Source: a virus (Duplodnaviria > Caudoviricetes). Taken from it: a DNA stretch of 51,369 nucleotides. Where the stretch lies: positions 1 through 51,369 of IMG/VR virus record IMGVR_UViG_3300006164_000012, one strand, 5' to 3'. Every line of letters starts with the position of its first letter. The stretch's first letter is position 1. Below the pieces are notes generated by a model. The model was not told the origin of the DNA. It searched no databases and saw only the letters and a program-made list of their open reading frames with translations. The position numbers and the translations under genes are program-made. Positions 46,985 through 51,369 of this stretch are shown in pieces.

Positions 46985-47524
46985 ATGGCAATGGAATTCG
47001 CAGGGGATGAGAACACTAACGAGGAGACTCGGTTTAGGTTTTGGTGTCCGGACACAGAGTGTAATGGGAATAATTACTTTTACGCAAATTGGGAGGACCC
47101 TCCAAAGATTGTCCCTGAAGAAATGGAGTGCCCTTTCGGGGGCGACCATGTAGCAGAGTGGGTTGTAGCGGGGTGCGCAGTTGTACACGTTAGAGGTAAC
47201 TTTGACGGGGGGGCACATAACCCACACTACACCACAGAGCGCGCCGACCACGAACACAAGTGGATGGAAGCTCAGATTGGGGAGGCTAAAAATGCCCTTC
47301 AAGGAAATGACCAGCTTACAGGCAAATCAGCCACCCCTTACGCAAAAATGACGCCAGATATGGATGCACTAGTAGCGCAGGGCATTGCCAAACCTTTGGA
47401 CGCAGAAACTGCGGCAGAGAAAAAACGAATTCAAGATGAGAGGTCCAAAATAGTTATGGACACAGCATCAGAACATTTAACAGAAATAGAGAGAAAACAC
47501 GCAGGACGAAGACATGAAGGATAA
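46985..47524 (+). CDS. Hypothetical protein with N-terminal zinc-ribbon-like motif
   Basis: FRFWCPDTEC...ECPFGG resembles FmdB-like ribbons. Confidence 0.45.
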   Translation: MAMEFAGDENTNEETRFRFWCPDTECNGNNYFYANWEDPPKIVPEEMECPFGGDHVAEWVVAGCAVVHVRGNFDGGAHNPHYTTERADHEHKWMEAQIGEAKNALQGNDQLTGKSATPYAKMTPDMDALVAQGIAKPLDAETAAEKKRIQDERSKIVMDTASEHLTEIERKHAGRRHEG

Positions 47525-47984
47525 AAAATTCAAGCAGATGGATAAGGTGTACATTTTTAATGAGTCCCAAAACCCAGACCCAGAATACCAAACTTTAAAA
47601 GCCTCAGGTTTTGATATAGCATCTAACGAAGATGTTACTATCGAGCCGGGAGCAGTAGAGCTGATAGGAACAGGCTTGCACTTTGTGCTAATGCCTTACT
47701 ACGAAGCTCAAATTAGATTGCGTAGCTCTATGGGAATGAGAGGGTTTATTATGCCCAACGCACCCGGAACGATTGACGAGGATTACAGAGGAGAAATTAA
47801 AGTTATGTTACATAACCTAACTTCTTTGCCTATCAAGATTAAAACAGGTGAGCGTATAGCACAGGTAATTTGTGCGAAAAGTTTACGTCCAAAAATCCAC
47901 ATGTTGGACTCTAATGAGTATAACTCACCTAAGTACAACACTCTTCGCGGCGAAGGTGGCTTTGGCTCAACAGGGAAAAACTAA
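47514..47984 (+). CDS. dut: Trimeric dUTPase
   Basis: All five motifs present: ASGFDI, RSSMG, GTIDEDYRGEI, GERIAQ and RGEGGFGSTG. Confidence 0.95.
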   Translation: MKDKKFKQMDKVYIFNESQNPDPEYQTLKASGFDIASNEDVTIEPGAVELIGTGLHFVLMPYYEAQIRLRSSMGMRGFIMPNAPGTIDEDYRGEIKVMLHNLTSLPIKIKTGERIAQVICAKSLRPKIHMLDSNEYNSPKYNTLRGEGGFGSTGKN

Positions 47985-49264
47985 TGGCATACGCATTTCA
48001 AGAATCAATTCAGAGGGGTATTGTATACCTCGCTAAATCCGATAGTAACTTTTTAGTACAGGCAATGCCTATGGTGAAGGAATCATACTTTGAATTCCCC
48101 CAACACCAAAAGTTTTGGCGCGTAATTATTGAGCATTATGCGACGTACAAAAAACTGCCCTCTGACGAACAAATCTTAGAGCAGATACGCGAGTTAAAAT
48201 CCGCTAACGAACTCCTATCAGACTTCAAAGAAGAGCTTAGGGAAATCAATACCGTTGATGTAAAGTCTTTGGAGAACGAAGAGTTCTACTTAGATAAGGT
48301 TGAAGAGTTTGCAAAAGAGCAATCTCTTAAAGATGCCATCATCAACTCCATAGACCTTCTAAAGCAGAAGCAGTTCGGTAAGATTGAAGAGCAGATTAGA
48401 GAAGCCCTTTCTGTCAGCCGTGACGTAGACTTAGGCATTGATTACTTTGGCGGCGTAGAAGAACGGTACAAAAGACTAAACGATAACAAGGTTAATGCCC
48501 AGTTTAGAACCCCTTTTGAAACTATTAACCAAGAGCTTGAAGGCGGGCTTGCACCTAAAGAACTAGCGATGGTCGTGGCACCTCCTGGCGTAGGTAAGTC
48601 TTTGTTCCTAGCTAACCAAGCTGCTCGGTCTATAATGGACGGTAAAGATGTTTTGTATATTTCTTTAGAGATGTCTGAAGACCGTGTTGCCCAACGTATG
48701 GATAGTATCTTTACACGTATTAAGCAATCGGAACTCAAAGGAGGTGTTAAGATGTTAAGCGACCGGTTAGACCAAATGCAGACCGCCGCACCCAACATGG
48801 GACGTTTAAAGATAAAGGAGTTTCCAACGAAGAGACTTACAGTCACCGGACTCCGTGCATACCTAAATCAATTGCGCAACTATGAGGATTTTAATCCAGG
48901 TATCATTGTTATTGATTATCTTGAATTGATGACGAACTCTGATGCTACTATGTCTGAATACATGGGACAAGAGCGGATTGCTCAAGAGCTTCGAGGTATT
49001 GCTGTAGAGCATAAATGCCTTGTATGGACTGCCACCCAAACGAATCGTAAAGGTAAAGAGGTAGACATTATTACAGATGCTGAGTTAGCTGATTCATACG
49101 GTAAGATTCGTGTGTGCGACCTAGCCTTCTCCATCAATCAAAAAGAACAGGAGTTTGACGAAGGAAAGGCTCGTATGTTTGTAATGAAATCACGAAATGG
49201 CAGGGCACGTTACATCGTACCTATTCGTATTGACTACACAAGATTAACCATAACACAGCAATGA
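47984..49264 (+). CDS. gp41: Replicative helicase (gp41 / DnaB-like)
   Basis: APPGVGKS, ISLEM, IKEFP, IVIDY, TATQTNR and KSRNG. Confidence 0.93.
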   Translation: MAYAFQESIQRGIVYLAKSDSNFLVQAMPMVKESYFEFPQHQKFWRVIIEHYATYKKLPSDEQILEQIRELKSANELLSDFKEELREINTVDVKSLENEEFYLDKVEEFAKEQSLKDAIINSIDLLKQKQFGKIEEQIREALSVSRDVDLGIDYFGGVEERYKRLNDNKVNAQFRTPFETINQELEGGLAPKELAMVVAPPGVGKSLFLANQAARSIMDGKDVLYISLEMSEDRVAQRMDSIFTRIKQSELKGGVKMLSDRLDQMQTAAPNMGRLKIKEFPTKRLTVTGLRAYLNQLRNYEDFNPGIIVIDYLELMTNSDATMSEYMGQERIAQELRGIAVEHKCLVWTATQTNRKGKEVDIITDAELADSYGKIRVCDLAFSINQKEQEFDEGKARMFVMKSRNGRARYIVPIRIDYTRLTITQQ

Positions 49265-49614
49265 AAAACTCAAAACCAAAGTTCCCTAAGTACGAACATC
49301 CGCTAACTGTTTATACAGGTATTAAAACTTTCGATATTAAACAAATATCATTAAAGAAAGAAAACCTGTATGGCTGTGTAGAGTTCCCAAAGTATCTTTT
49401 GTCGATTGACCCCGACCAACGCCCTGAGGATTACAAAGGCACATTGCTTCATGAAATTTGCCACATTGGCTACGAAGTTTTCGGTCTTAATGATGATGAC
49501 GAAATTCCTACGATGAGTAACGAGTTCCTGACGAGCGTCACCTCAAACATGATACAACAGATGGCGGGATTAAACCCCGAACTATTCCAATTTATATTTA
49601 AAACTAATGATTAA
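49261..49614 (+). CDS. Small HExxH (zincin-like) protein
   Basis: YGC..F....SID...TLLHEICH. Confidence 0.55.
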   Translation: MKNSKPKFPKYEHPLTVYTGIKTFDIKQISLKKENLYGCVEFPKYLLSIDPDQRPEDYKGTLLHEICHIGYEVFGLNDDDEIPTMSNEFLTSVTSNMIQQMAGLNPELFQFIFKTND

Positions 49615-50050
49615 CATAAAAGAAATTTACGATAATATCGAGGACTCTTACATGGAGATTACCAAGAAGTACATAGCTATTTCTGAACATAATTTCCAAG
49701 AGGCTATGGGCAACCACCCTTCCACCTTCGCCTTCTTCGCAGGTGTGATGGCGTACGCAAAGAAAGAGGTAGACCGCACCTCCCTTCTCTTCGAAACAAG
49801 AGAGGCGGAAGTACGTGAAGCCCGTAGAGAGGAGTTAAGGCTACTCGGTCAGAAAACAACAGACCGCGCCCTAGACGCCTACCTGAAGACTCAACCTGAG
49901 CTTCAAACCCTTCGACAAGGAATCACCTCGAAGGCACATAAATTTAATTTATGTAAGAATATTGTCTCCAGTTTGGACCACCAAAAGGATATAATAATAC
50001 AACTGTCTGCGAACAAACGAGCAGAAGCTAAACTAATTGAACAACTTTAA
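49607..50050 (+). CDS. uvsY: Recombination mediator, UvsY-like
   Basis: Helical 147-aa protein (AYAKKE..R, K.TD.A.DAYL, SLDHQKD.IIQL.AN.R.E) next to the SSB. Confidence 0.6.
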   Translation: MINIKEIYDNIEDSYMEITKKYIAISEHNFQEAMGNHPSTFAFFAGVMAYAKKEVDRTSLLFETREAEVREARREELRLLGQKTTDRALDAYLKTQPELQTLRQGITSKAHKFNLCKNIVSSLDHQKDIIIQLSANKRAEAKLIEQL

Positions 50051-50055
50051 AAACT

Positions 50056-50823
50056 ATGGTTAACATTGACGAACTAAGAAAAAAATACGCCGAGATTAAT
50101 AATCAAGGCGGAGGAGGCAACTCCGATTTCCTGAGCAAATTCTTTATGATGGACGAAGGTACATCTGTAGTGCGCGTACTCCCTGCAAAGGATGAGACGA
50201 CACAAGAATTTTATGCTGAAACTGCAATTCACCGTCTTAACGACAAGAATTATCACTGCCCACGTGTAAAGGGTGGCAAGTGTCCTGTATGCGATACTTA
50301 CTACAACATGTGGAAAGAAATTAACTCCATTGGCAAAGAGAGTCCTAAAGGCAAAGAGCTTCAAGACCTCGCACGCCAAATTAAGTCGCGCAAGCGTTAC
50401 TACATGAACGTGGTAGACCGTCGTGATGAATCTGTTAAGATTCTATCCGTAGGGCAAAAGCTTTTTGGTAAGGTATTAGATTGTTTCTTTGACGAGGATT
50501 TTGGAGATATCACTGACATGCAAGAAGGTTGGGATTTCAAGATTGTAAAAGATACTCAAGGACAATGGCCAAATTATGATAAGTCTGCGCCTAAGCCAAA
50601 GCAAAGTGTAGCAGGTAGTGATGCCGAAAACGCAAAGTGGATGGATAGCTTACACGACATTCATGGTCTTGTTAAGGTAGCCGATTACGAGGAACTTAAG
50701 ATTATGATGACTGAACTAGAAGCTTCCGTCAAAGGTCCTTCTCCTGAGGTTGTTACTTCTGAAGACGTTGCCCCTGATGATGATGACTACATGTCACATT
50801 TAAAAAGTCTAAAGGTGGATTAG
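50056..50823 (+). CDS. gp32: Single-stranded DNA-binding protein, gp32-like
   Basis: VRVLP, H..CP..CPVC zinc site, RYYMNV, ITD..EG.DFKI, YDKS and an acidic C-terminal tail. Confidence 0.85.
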   Translation: MVNIDELRKKYAEINNQGGGGNSDFLSKFFMMDEGTSVVRVLPAKDETTQEFYAETAIHRLNDKNYHCPRVKGGKCPVCDTYYNMWKEINSIGKESPKGKELQDLARQIKSRKRYYMNVVDRRDESVKILSVGQKLFGKVLDCFFDEDFGDITDMQEGWDFKIVKDTQGQWPNYDKSAPKPKQSVAGSDAENAKWMDSLHDIHGLVKVADYEELKIMMTELEASVKGPSPEVVTSEDVAPDDDDYMSHLKSLKVD

Positions 50824-50826
50824 TAG

Positions 50827-51369
50827 ATGGTAGAAAAGCTAAAGATTTTAGCTTGTCCATCGAATCATGGAGGATGCGCTTACTACCGCATCCTCCTTCC
50901 TATGGAGAAGTTATTAGAACATTGCAGCGACCGAGTAGAGGTCCGCTTCGATGATAACCCCCTTGGGTGGGATGCCTCTTCTGGGGAAAAGACGCCCGAA
51001 GGTTTTGAGTATGAAAATATAAAGTGGGCGGACGTAGTCTTCACACAAAACATACACAACTTCGGGGGACAGTACACCGCCGACATTCTCCGCATTGGCG
51101 CTGAGAATGGTAAGTTCACACACTTCGATACCGACGACCTTCTATCAGATTTATACGAGGGGCATCGATTATACAAAGTGTACAAAGAACAGCGGTTAGA
51201 CGAAGTAACAAAGTACATTTATAGCAATGCTGACTTGGTCACTGTTACTCAACGTAAGTTCGCAGAACGAATTGCTGAGTTTGTTAGAGGCGCGTTGGTT
51301 GTGGTTAAAAACACAATTGACTATAACCTTCCTTGTTGGAATGCTTCTAAAAATCCACCGCCTAAAAAG
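50827..51369 (+). CDS. Glycosyltransferase (GT-B fold N-terminal domain), 3'-truncated; absent from the ORF track
   Basis: Manual translation gives MVEKLKILACPSNHGGCAYYRILLPM...WADVVFTQ...HFDTDDL...ADLVTVT...VVKNTID, open to the window end. Confidence 0.75.
   Translation, partial: MVEKLKILACPSNHGGCAYYRILLPMEKLLEHCSDRVEVRFDDNPLGWDASSGEKTPEGFEYENIKWADVVFTQNIHNFGGQYTADILRIGAENGKFTHFDTDDLLSDLYEGHRLYKVYKEQRLDEVTKYIYSNADLVTVTQRKFAERIAEFVRGALVVVKNTIDYNLPCWNASKNPPPKK

Noticed and set aside
1-51369. tRNAs, CRISPR arrays, transposases, integrase, DGR or alternative genetic code
   Set aside because: Intergenic gaps are all under about 70 nt, no repeat-spacer arrays or such genes were seen, and genes read through intact in the standard code with TAA, TAG and TGA all used as stops.

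Overview
A densely coding 51-kb segment of a large T4-like (contractile-tailed) bacteriophage genome, almost entirely on the + strand. Positions 1-24.5 kb hold the baseplate and receptor-binding module: hub, gp5-like spike without lysozyme, LamG protein, gp25, gp6, a gp7-like protein and four tail/fibre genes forming two paralogous pairs. Positions 24.5-37 kb hold two lipoproteins, the head genes (gp21 protease, gp22-like scaffold, gp23 capsid), neck and tail terminator, sheath, tube and an 848-aa orphan. Positions 37-51 kb hold the replication and transcription genes: Hjc-type resolvase, gp55-like late sigma, gp47/gp46, GroES, class II RNR, dUTPase, gp41 helicase, UvsY, gp32 and a truncated glycosyltransferase. 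The most unusual feature is the DNA polymerase. It is family A rather than T4-type family B, carries a degenerate uracil-DNA-glycosylase-like N-terminal domain, and is split inside its 3'-5' exonuclease domain. An intact type II glutamine synthetase and a small ORF sit between the two halves, translationally coupled to them. Other signals are a nearby thioredoxin-fold protein lacking both cysteines, apparent avoidance of GATC and GGCC, a TA[A/T/G]ATA late-promoter-like motif, and very short divergent promoters. All calls come from motif recognition by eye; no database searches were run.
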